The notes under the pieces: model-generated
Seen by the model: only the letters and a program-made list of their open reading frames with translations
What the model was told of the DNA's origin: nothing
Databases searched by the model: none
Source of the DNA: Antedon mediterranea
Lineage: Eukaryota; Animalia; Echinodermata
Direction of reading: 5' to 3'
Length of the DNA: 64,000 bases
Assembly (NCBI RefSeq): GCF_964355755.1
Contig: NC_092678.1
Span: 14,348,371-14,412,370 of the forward strand
Shown here: piece after piece, positions 33,601 to 41,031 of the stretch
How the letters are laid out: every line of letters begins with the position of its first letter
How positions within the stretch are numbered: the stretch's first letter is position 1
Made by a program: the position numbers and the translations under genes

Positions 33601-35054
33601 AGTGTGTTTTTTTTACGTTTGAGTTAATTTTACTATTGGGGCTCTATACGTTTTAAAGATTATTTCGTTTTAAAAAACCGATAATTTCTAACGTTTTTTT
33701 GTGTTAATTTTTACGTTTTGCGCGCGTTTATTTTACGTGTTGCGTTGCGGCACTACGTACTCTCACCTTATAAATATAACTATTGTTTTATTAATGGGTC
33801 TCTACATGTTTTAAAGCTTATTTTGTAAGAAAAATGTTTTACGAATTGAGTTATTATGTTAGAGTGTTTTTTTGATATTTTTACTTTTGGATTGATTTTA
33901 CGATTTATAAATATGTATTGTTTTTGTGATATTGATTTTTGACAATGTGAATTGTATTTGTTGCAGGTGTTGTTGGAGCATCAAGTTCATATCCAGGTAT
34001 GTTATATTTGTGTTGGTAATGTTTTAGATTAAGTGGTTATTAATTAAAATGCACAAGTAACCTCACTGTCACCTATGGATAGAACAGAGAACTGGAAATG
34101 GGAGTGTTTTTTACGAATAACAATTGATAACATTCTGTGCCATGTTTAATAAATTCATATAAAGTAACGTCTCATCGTGATACTTTTAGGCAATAGTGAT
34201 GAAAATGAAGGCGCATCATCGAGTCACCGATTTCATCCAAGTGAAGGTAACTTACTAGTAGACCAAGACTACAATGCAATAATTATGGTCATGATAATGA
34301 ATAACACGATAACAAATAATTTTTAATAATCATGACACTGTTACTCATAAAGTTAGAGTCCTATAAATCTATTCAAAATAATATAATGTTCACTATAAAG
34401 TGTACATTATGAGTGTACATTATGATATGTGTTTCATTACTTAATAATATAATCATAATCTTAAAGCAAGTGACAACAGTGATTATATTCATGTTACCAT
34501 TCTACATTATTGATTACATAATATTGTAAACATTACTTTTCTTCAACCATGTAGATCTTTCGGACGATGAGTTTAAACAGTTAATTACAAAGTTTGCACA
34601 ATGGTATGATGAACGTGGACTCCTTAACAGACTAAAAGTTCTGTTCAAAGAAATGCTAGGCGATTTTGAAGCGGTGAATAGAGTTACCAGTACAATGGAA
34701 CTGTTAGCACTATTAACTGATTCTGGGCTGTTGAGTCGACACAATATGGCTGTACTGTATGACACAATACATATAACTAAACAAAATGGCTTTGTGGACA
34801 TGGTTAAAAATAAGCTTCCATTCATTCAAGGTTTTGAGACCCAAACTATATTGTCATTTTCACCACATACCATAAATCTGTTTAACCTGGGAAAAAGTCT
34901 CAGTGACTCAGATGTGAAAACTCTTGATGGACGATACAACTTCCCTACCCTAAAGATGTATGCAGATAATTGGAGTTTGATTTTGGATTTTGAAAAACGA
35001 GGTTTGTTGAGTGAAGACAACATTGAATTGGTCAAAAAGAATGTGGAAAGTTAA
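678..35054 (+). CDS. Multi-exon Roco-family gene: ANK x14 - ROC - COR - tandem DED-like - tandem DED-like; no kinase or LRR (about 1660 aa)
   Basis: Manual splicing, all GT-AG with consistent phases and no internal stops: (678-698?), 3461-3565, 4067-4171, 5430-5534, 5786-5896, 6962-7066, 7301-7411, 8445-8549, 8796-8906, 10494-10598, 10981-11085, 11565-11669, 12053-12157, 12647-12751, 12953-13057, 14866-14950, 15102-15267, 15407-15507, 15861-15923, 16661-16767, 21075-21164, 21255-21452, 23624-23869, 25946-26140, 27832-27984, 28119-28418, 28857-28964, 29073-29277, 30468-30614, 31662-32213, 32653-32700, 33074-33226, 33967-33996, 34190-34246, 34555-35054 (TAA). ROC motifs: GKEGAGKT, STDGI, WDYAGQ, VATHMD. 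Confidence 0.85.
1340..1628 (+). mobile_element. tRNA-derived SINE with Deu/Nin-type central domain
   Basis: A-box-like ttgctgagtggtt and B-box ggttcgaggct, followed by gataaggacgataaaccgtaggtcc...gtgcattttaaag...aagagtaggtggttaccccg, which resembles the Deu domain from memory. Confidence 0.7.
1783..2091. mobile_element. Kolobok-type MITE (TTAA-flanked)
   Basis: Left end ttga|agatgtattgtcccc and right end gggggcaatacatct|ttaa are inverted repeats. A homologous left end occurs at 22600 (ttaa|agatatattgtcccc). Confidence 0.55.
3461..3565 (+). CDS. Ankyrin exon type A (A1), 35 aa, phase 0-0
   Basis: ctacag|NGNTPLHEYMRSNGPKLEVVNYLTKQGALVAALNK|gtaatt. Confidence 0.85.
4067..4171 (+). CDS. Ankyrin exon type A (A2)
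   Basis: ctacag|NGNTPLHEYMRSNKPTLEVLDYLTKQGASVTALNK|gtaata. Confidence 0.85.
4252..4453 (+). mobile_element. Helentron-associated non-autonomous element (HINE/DINE-1-like), short copy
   Basis: ttttt-agtcgcgtg ... (gtcg/gtct)n microsatellite ... cacgcgact sub-terminal inverted repeat ... ggccttgttt. Same family at 29505 and 39610. Confidence 0.7.
4572..4648 (+). pseudogene. Decayed, truncated type-B ankyrin exon
   Basis: gctctacatacacatctaattggtagatatgttgaacctacgttaggaatagtgacttatctcatta matches the B exons. The AG acceptor and the 3' end with its donor are missing. Confidence 0.75.
5430..5534 (+). CDS. Ankyrin exon type C (C1), 35 aa
   Basis: cacag|NGYTPIDIYLERDEVKLEILYCLITNGESPTLPKE|gtaatt. 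Confidence 0.8.
5786..5896 (+). CDS. Ankyrin exon type B (B1), 37 aa
   Basis: tttag|DGSNALHIHLSGRYVKPTLGIVTNLIKLGVSQTLQNK|gtaaag. Confidence 0.8.
6962..7066 (+). CDS. Ankyrin exon type C (C2)
   Basis: Near-identical to C1; intact AG/GT; 105 nt. Confidence 0.8.
7301..7411 (+). CDS. Ankyrin exon type B (B2)
   Basis: Near-identical to B1; intact AG/GT; 111 nt. Confidence 0.8.
8445..8549 (+). CDS. Ankyrin exon type C (C3)
   Basis: YGYTPINIYLERDDVKLEILYCLITNGESPALPKE; intact AG/GT. Confidence 0.8.
8796..8906 (+). CDS. Ankyrin exon type B (B3)
   Basis: EGSNALHIHLSGRYVKPTLGIVTNLIKLGVSPTLQNK; intact AG/GT. Confidence 0.8.
9213..9530 (-). mobile_element. tRNA-derived SINE with CORE/Meta-like central domain
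   Basis: The minus strand reads gtggcgcagtggttagagc (A box) ... ggttcaagcc (B box) ... gtccttgagcaag ... ccacccaggtg. It is absent from the paralogous intron positions near 6190 and 7715. Confidence 0.8.
9925..10024 (+). pseudogene. Dead type-A ankyrin pseudo-exon (A3)
   Basis: Acceptor is attg instead of atag, a 5-nt deletion leaves 100 nt, and the donor is gc. Confidence 0.8.
10494..10598 (+). CDS. Ankyrin exon type A (A4)
   Basis: ttgaaag|DGNTPLHECMRSNEPILEVVDYLTKQGASVTALNK|gtaaaa. Confidence 0.75.
10981..11085 (+). CDS. Ankyrin exon type A (A5)
   Basis: ctatag|DRNTPLHGYMRSNKPTLEVVNYLTMKGASITALNK|gtaata. Confidence 0.8.
11565..11669 (+). CDS. Ankyrin exon type A (A6)
   Basis: ttgaaag|DGNTPLHEYMRSNKPSLDVVDYLTKQGASVTALNK|gtaata. 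Confidence 0.75.
12053..12157 (+). CDS. Ankyrin exon type A (A7)
   Basis: ctatag|DGNTPLHEYMRSNKPTLEVVNYLKKQGASITAQNK|gtgata. Confidence 0.8.
12647..12751 (+). CDS. Ankyrin exon type A (A8)
   Basis: ttgaaag|DENTLLHELMRSNEPTLKVVNYLRKQGASVTALNK|gtaata. Confidence 0.7.
12953..13057 (+). CDS. Ankyrin exon type A (A9)
   Basis: ctatag|DGNTPLHEYMRSNKPTLEIVYCLTKKGASITALNK|gtaata. Confidence 0.8.
14866..14950 (+). CDS. Ankyrin C-cap/linker exon (phase 0-1)
   Basis: tatag|EGKTAVSVLEENTEIEQTEKIKIVEHFD-a|gtaagc. Confidence 0.8.
15102..15267 (+). CDS. ROC exon with PPEI..G helix and P-loop (G1)
   Basis: LLVPPEIFARGKQAIKIYKNELKDG...RCMFLGKEGAGKTSCVKAML. The pre-ROC PPE(I/V)xxxG motif and GxxxxGKT are both present. 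Confidence 0.92.
15407..15507 (+). CDS. ROC exon, switch I (G2)
   Basis: FNPEEPSTDGIVTRTVF...W; phase 2-1. Confidence 0.9.
15861..15923 (+). CDS. ROC insert exon
   Basis: tacag|DAELTRKMREHVIKQRIDKEL|gtatgt; phase 1-1. Confidence 0.75.
16017..16186. repeat. ~170-bp imperfect palindrome (foldback), probably a non-autonomous element
   Basis: acaaataatgaatgtt..gtgtaatg..aatggcat..tgaa..tgaaaag [centre gaggcaacgccgag] cttttca..ttca..atgccatt..cattacac..aacattcattatttgt. Confidence 0.6.
16661..16767 (+). CDS. ROC exon, switch II (G3)
   Basis: ...ITSIWDYAGQLDYYITHR, the ROC WDxAGQxxYYxTH signature. Confidence 0.92.
16832..16926. repeat. Degenerate (TAG/TGG)n trinucleotide tract
   Basis: gtagtagtagtgatagtgatagtaatggtggtggt... 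Confidence 0.7.
17530..20955 (+). mobile_element. CR1/L2-group (Crack-like) LINE, nearly full ORF2 (APE + RT) with stops and frameshifts, inside a ROC intron
   Basis: APE motifs IHFNSRS, LLDNIISN, SDHLPVF. RT motifs KSPGID, QYGFR, FIDLSKAFDT, GVPQGSLLGPLLF, YADDT, KFLGV. T-rich 3'UTR with aataaa near 20935. Confidence 0.93.
21075..21164 (+). CDS. ROC exon
   Basis: ttcag|FFLTNTASYCVAFNALDNLDEPANARDPAN|gtaagt; continues TH-x-FFL. Confidence 0.88.
21255..21452 (+). CDS. ROC exon with G4
   Basis: TNLDMNLFWIRSVY...PPISLVATHMDKL. Confidence 0.9.
21850..22595 (+). mobile_element. Heavily decayed LINE RT fragment
   Basis: GVFLELNKAFD (22152), QGSILGPL (about 22331), FAGDT (22410); many frameshifts. 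Confidence 0.75.
23624..23869 (+). CDS. ROC end / COR start exon
   Basis: MYMVDN...IKKLKRNI...EVPINWLNFQERL, the COR VPxxW motif. Confidence 0.88.
25946..26140 (+). CDS. COR exon
   Basis: ASRIGTECGI...AITYMNDIGKIMY...LKNTVITN...LTTVIT; fits the COR LxYLxxxGxIxY and VI.dp.w pattern. Confidence 0.88.
27832..27984 (+). CDS. COR exon
   Basis: WERLGVEGILEEKLLRYLW...FIEVMRVFRLLF. Confidence 0.85.
28119..28418 (+). CDS. COR exon
   Basis: EFLVPCRM...DFLPDAVYHTLVV; 300 nt, phase 0-0. Confidence 0.85.
28857..28964 (+). CDS. COR exon
   Basis: ctatag|LEIYRRTIDRYC...LKPDVCFE|gtattc. Confidence 0.8.
29073..29277 (+). CDS. COR C-terminal exon with Cys/His cluster
   Basis: VLSYLKDQLETVC...VVCDACDPKNHHLVDLEKCLKNDSVPCGRH...; phase 0-1. 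Confidence 0.83.
29505..30249 (+). mobile_element. HINE/DINE-1-like Helentron derivative, long copy
   Basis: ttttt-agtcgcgtg, a (gtcg/gtct) tract, cacgcgact, the terminal hairpin gccat-ctat-atggc, then cttgtttt. Confidence 0.75.
30468..30614 (+). CDS. Low-complexity linker exon L1 (phase 1-1)
   Basis: ttaag|ESETEADRAKQLVPETKPKS...SSPGHQ-g|gtaact. Confidence 0.72.
31368..31455 (+). pseudogene. Truncated dead copy of the linker exon
   Basis: ESESEAIEANQLVPVTETKAESEPGSVPR; the acceptor is tg and the 3' half is missing. Confidence 0.7.
31662..32213 (+). CDS. Tandem death-effector-domain-like exon 1 (phase 1-1)
   Basis: FKDLKANLS...VKLCLYDHLP...NLFNKLQAKGYIEPSNVKLLMEI (DED-like LFxxLxxxGxIxxxNxxLL), followed by SPYRKRLF...NIWDVVFKLE (second helical death-fold unit). 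Confidence 0.75.
32653..32700 (+). CDS. 48-nt linker micro-exon (phase 1-1)
   Basis: tttag|GNCDESEGAPLSRPSE-g|gtaaat; paralogous to 34190-34246. Confidence 0.7.
33074..33226 (+). CDS. Linker exon L2 (paralog of L1)
   Basis: ttaag|ESESGANQTNQLLPVTETKPKS...TGHQ-t|gtaact; the donor is weak. Confidence 0.62.
33967..33996 (+). CDS. 30-nt micro-exon (phase 1-1)
   Basis: ttgcag|gt-VVGASSSYP-g|gtatgt; conserved with its splice sites in the copy at 63167-63196. Confidence 0.7.
34190..34246 (+). CDS. 57-nt linker micro-exon (phase 1-1)
   Basis: tttag|GNSDENEGASSSHRFHPSE-g|gtaact. Confidence 0.7.
34555..35054 (+). CDS. Terminal exon: second tandem DED-like module
   Basis: DEFKQLITKFAQWY...RLKVLFKE...MELLALLTDSGLLSRHNMAVL, then FSPHTINLFNLGKSLSDSDVKTL...WSLILDFEKRGLLSEDNIELV; stop TAA. 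Confidence 0.75.
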
Positions 35055-35266
35055 ACTAGATGTAGATGACTTTGTGGTGCTATATTTCAACCATGTGTGC
35101 AATTGATATATTATGTATGCACTAGGCCTTTCAACTTTACGTATGGGAACATTTCAGTAAATCTCGCGTACCGTAACTGTTATTATTGCGAGATCTGTTG
35201 CTGCAGTTGATAAACAAATGTCCCGTAACCGTTTTAGCCTAAATACTGTAATAATAATAATAACTA

Positions 35267-36074
35267 AGCCCCTTTCTCACAGAGCTGTGTGTCAGGAGTA
35301 TTGCGGGAATATACCATTACCATGCCGGTATGGTTTTCTGTGAGAACGGGTCGTCTTGGCATCATCCCGGCATCATGCCGGCATCGACATGACCTGCTTT
35401 AGACCAAGTATTATTACTAGGATTTTTCCCCGCAATGCCAGTTGGGCATCCTGTGAGAACGTAATGCCGTTATATTGCGGGGTTATATTTAATTCCCCGT
35501 CGAGGCTTTGACACCTTGCGCGGTATAGTGTATCACTTTGTCGCCGATTCAATTCAATTAACAATAATAATGTCGAACTGGAGGGATAATGAGATAAGAG
35601 AGCTGCTTGAAATAAGGGGACAAGAAGAAATTTGTAGCATAATCTGGCCATATAGCTCTTGAGTCTTGTTGGTGCCAGACCCTTCGTCGCCTTGTAAATT
35701 GTACAGCCTTCTAAGGTGTTTTACAGATTGCCGATGACGGCAAATTAATTGCTGTACCTGTATAATGTATGCACAATATACTGTACTTAGCATGTATTGT
35801 ATAAATAAGCTATACAGGAAGATAATAATATGTAACTTAAAGTTCGCCGCCATATATCGCTAGACAAAAATAATAACAATAAAGGACGCCCTCAATATTT
35901 ATTTTGTAGGAGACTTTTTATTGGCCGAATATGCCTTTCTCACAGAACGCAGGTATATATCGGTTATATGTCCGGCACGATAGTCTGATGAGAATGGGTG
36001 TATTCTGGTAACAATACCGGCAAGACACCAGCATCATACCGGTATATTGTAGGCACATCTGTGAGAAAGGGGCT
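35267..36074. mobile_element. PIF/Harbinger-type MITE
   Basis: Perfect 17-bp TIR agcccctttctcacaga/tctgtgagaaaggggct, 3-bp TSD CTA on both sides, and internal tgtgagaa repeats. Confidence 0.8.
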
Positions 36075-36901
36075 CTATATTTTTTATTTAAGAAAACTTT
36101 TAAGAAAGCAAATAACTGTACAATGGCACCGTTCTTTTTTACGTTTGCTTGCCCACTTCTATTTTATGATTCAATGCAGTTTATGCATTGATACCATAGT
36201 ACAGGTATATTATAATATCAAGTATAGTATATTATTGAACAGCTATTCGTTGAGATATTTAGTGTAGGTACAGTACGATATAATACGTTTTTATGATACC
36301 GTACCTTAATACAACTCCGAAGGTAATAATTACTGAAAATGACAATGATGTGGGTATCAGTGGCTGGATTTCAATAGAGATACAAATAGATTGAGCCAAA
36401 TGCTAAATTAAAATGACAAAGTTAATCAGGCAAAACAGAGCTTTTGGGTATCACTAACTCTTCCACCATACAAGTAGTAATACATATAGTAATGCAGTAA
36501 TACAGAAGTAATATTAACGTCTATTTCAATTCAGCCGTATTTTTGGCAATCGATTAGTAACCCCACATTTAAATATATATTTGTATATCATATAGAATTA
36601 AGATATGCTTAAATTACTTAGAAAAATGAATTGTTAATTGCAGAATTTGATATTTATATTTATTGTGTGTGTGTATCTGTTACCACTGTGTCGGTCCTGT
36701 TGTTGGTACCATGACATATACAGAACAGTACAAATAAATGCTTTTTAAATCAGCATCTCATGCATTTTAGTAAATTGAGTTTTATTAATAATTTGGAGAG
36801 GGTATTATGTTAGCGCATACGGTACCAATTGTAATTAATATTATTTTTTTCTTAATCACAACAAATAATAAATAAATTAGCTTTCATTATTAAAGTCACA
36901 T

Positions 36902-38126
36902 TAGGCCTAAAAAAATAGTTTGTTTGCTGTCATCCGCCGCCCCTAATTTCGCCAATAATTTGGGGCGGAGATAAGAAAAAGTTTTTTTTTACGTTGAGGG
37001 CGCTTTAAAAAAAATGTTTTTAATGATTTTTTTTGGCCGAAAAGGTGTAAAAATCGAGTGTGCGAGGATGAAACAATAAAAATAATAACGTAGCGTATAT
37101 TTCGGTGTATAATCGCACTTTTGACACGCAAATTTAACCTCTAAATTAAGGGTGCGTCTTATACACCGAACATAATTGGCTCAACACACAGATATCGCCA
37201 CCTCGTTGGCTAGGCCTGTGCTTTTTAAGGTAAGGCCTAGGCCTAGGCCTATTAGTATTACTAAAAGAATAGGCCTAGCCTAGCTACAGTGTACTAGCGT
37301 AACAGCAACCTGCTAGTTTTCAAGGCATTTTAGCGTGATTTTGTACTAAATATGATGAAAAGATTTGTTCATTATGGAGCTGTTTTAGGCGCTCCGATAA
37401 AATTTCATTTGTAAACGTTTACGATTGGAATAGTATTATAGTTATACGCACGACCGTCGTACCCCCAGCGCGAGCAAGCCCTTCTTGGCAACCACATGGT
37501 GTACAGTGTATTCGACTAGTATATTCTCCAGCTTATTATAGCATAGACCTAGCGTACACACTTCTAGGATACATAGATACTAATCGAATACGATTTTCCG
37601 TAAAAACGTGCGCCTCTCGATAAAAGGATCGAGCGAGGCTAGCCCACACACACGTGCGGTCATGCACTCGATGTTGTTGCGGGTGCAAAACTCATGAATA
37701 ACAAGTTAGAAAGAACTGACGGAATGGGGGACTTCCCTTCTTGTTGAGGCTGGGCGCGGCCGTCTTATACATCGACGATATACAAAATACCGATATTTTA
37801 CTCTCAGTTAGGGGGTGCGTCTTATACACAGGTGCGACTTATACACCGAAATATACGGTACACTAAGTTCTAAAATATTTAATTAGGCCTGCTAACAACG
37901 ACCTATTGTGTAGTAAGCCTATGCTAGTTTAGACACGGGGCCTAAGGCGCCCAAAACAGAATTAAAGTGTGAAACAAATTATGAATAGATGTTTGAGCCC
38001 GTTGTTTTATTCAGTGTGTTTTGTTACTCTCAAATTCGCGTACAATTAACAGAGAAATTAACATTAAAAAAAATGTTTCCACCCGCCCACTTGACAGAAA
38101 ACAAACAATTTTTTTTTTAGACCTTA
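36902..38126. mobile_element. MITE with ~40-bp imperfect TIRs, hosting a nested element
   Basis: taggcctaaaaaaatagtttgtttgctgtca..ccgcc versus cccgccc..tgacagaaaacaaacaatttttttttagaccta. Confidence 0.6.
37093..37858. mobile_element. Tc1/mariner-pogo-type MITE nested in the previous element
   Basis: TA|gcgtatatttcggtgtataatcgcac ... gtgcgacttatacaccgaaatatacgg|TA. Confidence 0.75.
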
Positions 38127-39609
38127 TCATAACTAAGATCACTCTTTTTATATATAAAATAAACAGTAAAATCTATTTTTAGCGCATAATTTCCTCACAA
38201 TATCGTTCAGTAATATATAACACCTGTCATCCCTGATGATTTAATTTAGTAAATACTAGTAGGGGGGATCACAAAACATCTGTAAAACAACATCCTTTAG
38301 TACTCTTATTTGTACAATAATAGATTACAATGACGCAGGAGGGAATTCAATCAAACTGTGTATTGTATAACGGAAGTTGTACCAACATTTTTTAATTTAA
38401 GTTTCAGGATACAGTGCTTCTTAATGACATGCCACGAATTGTATTTATTGACGCTAAATAATAATATTTGAGATAATATATTGTATGTATGGTAATAGCA
38501 GTCGAGACCTGAACTTCGTGTTACAGCTTACATATTTCTTACTGCCCAAAGAACGGAAGGAATATTTAAAAATAGGCATACTGACACCTAAATTATCTGT
38601 CAGACAAAGTTTAATAACAAAGCTAAAAAACGCGGATCGCCATGCCGAAGTATGTGCAGCAAATCGGCAATACGGACGTTTGAATTCGCAGTCCGTACTC
38701 AATGACGTCATAACATCTAAAAATTTATTTCAATAGGGACAGTGTATCTTAACATGTACCTGCACGGAAATAATAGTAGCCTACCGTACTAAAGAGGAAA
38801 GACGTATCTGTATTTATATTGTTAATCTGATGTATTTATTAGAACATTTCAATCGGTTATGTTTCATTGTATTATATTAGAATAATTATGACATAACATG
38901 GGACATTATAGAGTGCGCTATATATGCATGGAGATAGATTAAATAATTTGTGTAAACAGTATTTGCCAACCGACATGTTTAGTCTAGTGCTAAAAGCTTT
39001 AACCTATTACACGGTAGCCCTCTGTTTGGGGTCTATCAAGAATATTTTTTTTTTAATAGTTGATAGAGAGTATTTAGAGGGTAAGGTTTAGTATAAGGAA
39101 GTAGATCAGCTATCTTTATAATATAAAATAATATAAAATAATTAAGGTAATTAAGTATTCATGATTGCTGCCTTACCTCATAGGAAACAAAATATTGCGA
39201 ACCAGACGCATACCTTGACGATACAGCTCCTAATAGCAGTACATTGTGTTTCATCAATAGTGAGATACGGGTGGCTATTAAAGGTATAGGTTCTAGAATG
39301 CTATGTGTTGTCTGCACTTAATCAGTGTTTTCCTTCACATCATCACCGGCACACGTTCACAAACGGTGTACATTTACAAAACAAAACCAATTATAATTAT
39401 GAAATAAATATGATTACATTTTATGATAAATTACCATATTGAAGAAAGCTTTTTTATTTGCTGAACAAACTACTGTATTCTTAAACAAAATGTTGTGAGT
39501 GTAGAGTGTAGAGTGTAACAATCAATGGCCAAAATGTTTAAGATTTGATTATAAAAAAGAACTTGTGTTTAAAATAATAAATGTATTTTGGTATTTCTAT
39601 TTTAACATA

Positions 39610-39728
39610 AAAAACAAGGCCATTATACATGGCTGCAGTGGCGTGCTCAAGTTAGTGTTTAACGCCCAACCGACCGACCAACCGACCGACATAGTGAGCT
39701 GTAGATTCGCGTTGGACGCGACTAAAAA
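39610..39728 (-). mobile_element. Minimal HINE copy, inverted
   Basis: aaaacaaggccat..atggctgcagtggcgtgct..(ccga)n..gacgcgactaaaaa, the reverse complement of the termini at 29505-30249. Confidence 0.7.
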
Positions 39729-40439
39729 TAACGTATTCGTAAATTGTCAAATTATAGCGTGATATGCTAGTAATAATATGTAGTTACATAATAAATTCAA
39801 TTATCAAGTTATTGTTTTGGGTTTTTTTTTTCACCAGTGGCCATATTCACCAATCATACTAACGGAGATATTTCACTTAACTAAATACATATTTTTTGTC
39901 TTGTGTGAGTTCTTTTCACGTTTATTTAAATTCTCATTGATGAATTTATTATATACATATAAGTACATTTGTGACAATTAAAAGTGAGTTTTTAGAGTAG
40001 TTAAAATACCGATATATTTACATAATAAGATGCCAGAATTCAGTATTAAACCATATATTTTATCATTTAAAATTTTAGATACGATGTTAATTAAAATGTA
40101 GAAATGAAAAATGGCGGTAAAATACATTATTAAAATGTTCTTGTTAAACTATCTTATTTGTGTTCTAAAACTAAATACATATTTATGTATTTCCTTTAAA
40201 TCGTATTCACTTAGAGAAGATTATTTTAATTTTAAAAGTAAGTGTGAATGGTGAATATGGCTTTTTTTACTCCTCGTGCATGCGTGATTTGTTGATTTTC
40301 ATAGAAATGCTAAATGCAGGGATTCGCGATATATTAAATGTAAATAATGTGTAAAAGATTGAAATTGCAGCCAGAATGCTTCTAAATTATTATGTTATAT
40401 ATAAATCAGTTTATACGGTGTATAGGTCTACTTATGTTG

Positions 40440-40618
40440 GACAAAGGTACAGGCACAACACCAAAACAAATATGTTTACAGAAAAATTGTCGACAAATGG
40501 AACGCACTACCACAACATGTTATAGACAGTACCACTATAAATAATTTCAAATATATGACAAACACGTTAGAGAGGAGGCAGTCAATACGATTATTAACTC
40601 ACTTGCCTCCTGATTCAC
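40440..40618 (+). mobile_element. 3' end of a CR1-type LINE
   Basis: KIVDKWNALPQHVIDSTTINNFK (CR1 ORF2 C-terminal WNxLP), then the hairpin ggaggca...tgcctcc. Confidence 0.7.
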
Positions 40619-41031
40619 TTAAAGGTAAGAACTCTTAAAGGTAAGAACTCTTAAAGGTAAGAACTCTTAAAGGTAAGAACTCTTAAAGGTAAGAACTCTT
40701 AAAGGTAAGAACTCTTAAAGGTAAGAACTCTTAAATGTAAGAACTCTTAAAGGTAAGAACTCCTAAAGGTAAGAACTCTTAAAGGTAAGAACTCTTAAAG
40801 GTAAGAACTCTTAAAGGTAAGAACTCTTAAGGTAAGAACTCTTAAAGGTAAGAACTCTTAAAGGTAAGAACTCTTAAGGTAAGAACTCTTAAAGGTAAGA
40901 ACTCTTAAAGGTAAGAACTCTTAAAGGTAAGAACTCTTAAAGGTAAGAACTCTTAAAGGTAAGCACTCTTAACGGTAAGCACTCTTAAAGGCAAGAACTC
41001 TTAAATGCAAGAACTCTTAAAGGTAAGAACT
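40619..41031 (+). repeat. Minisatellite, about 26 x 16 bp (TTAAAGGTAAGAACTC)
   Basis: Direct reading. Two units are 15 nt and a few substitutions occur; there are no spacers. Confidence 0.95.

Noticed and set aside
40619-41031. CRISPR-like or telomeric array
   Set aside because: Head-to-tail 16-mers with no spacers, eukaryotic context, no cas genes, and not a TTAGGG-type unit.
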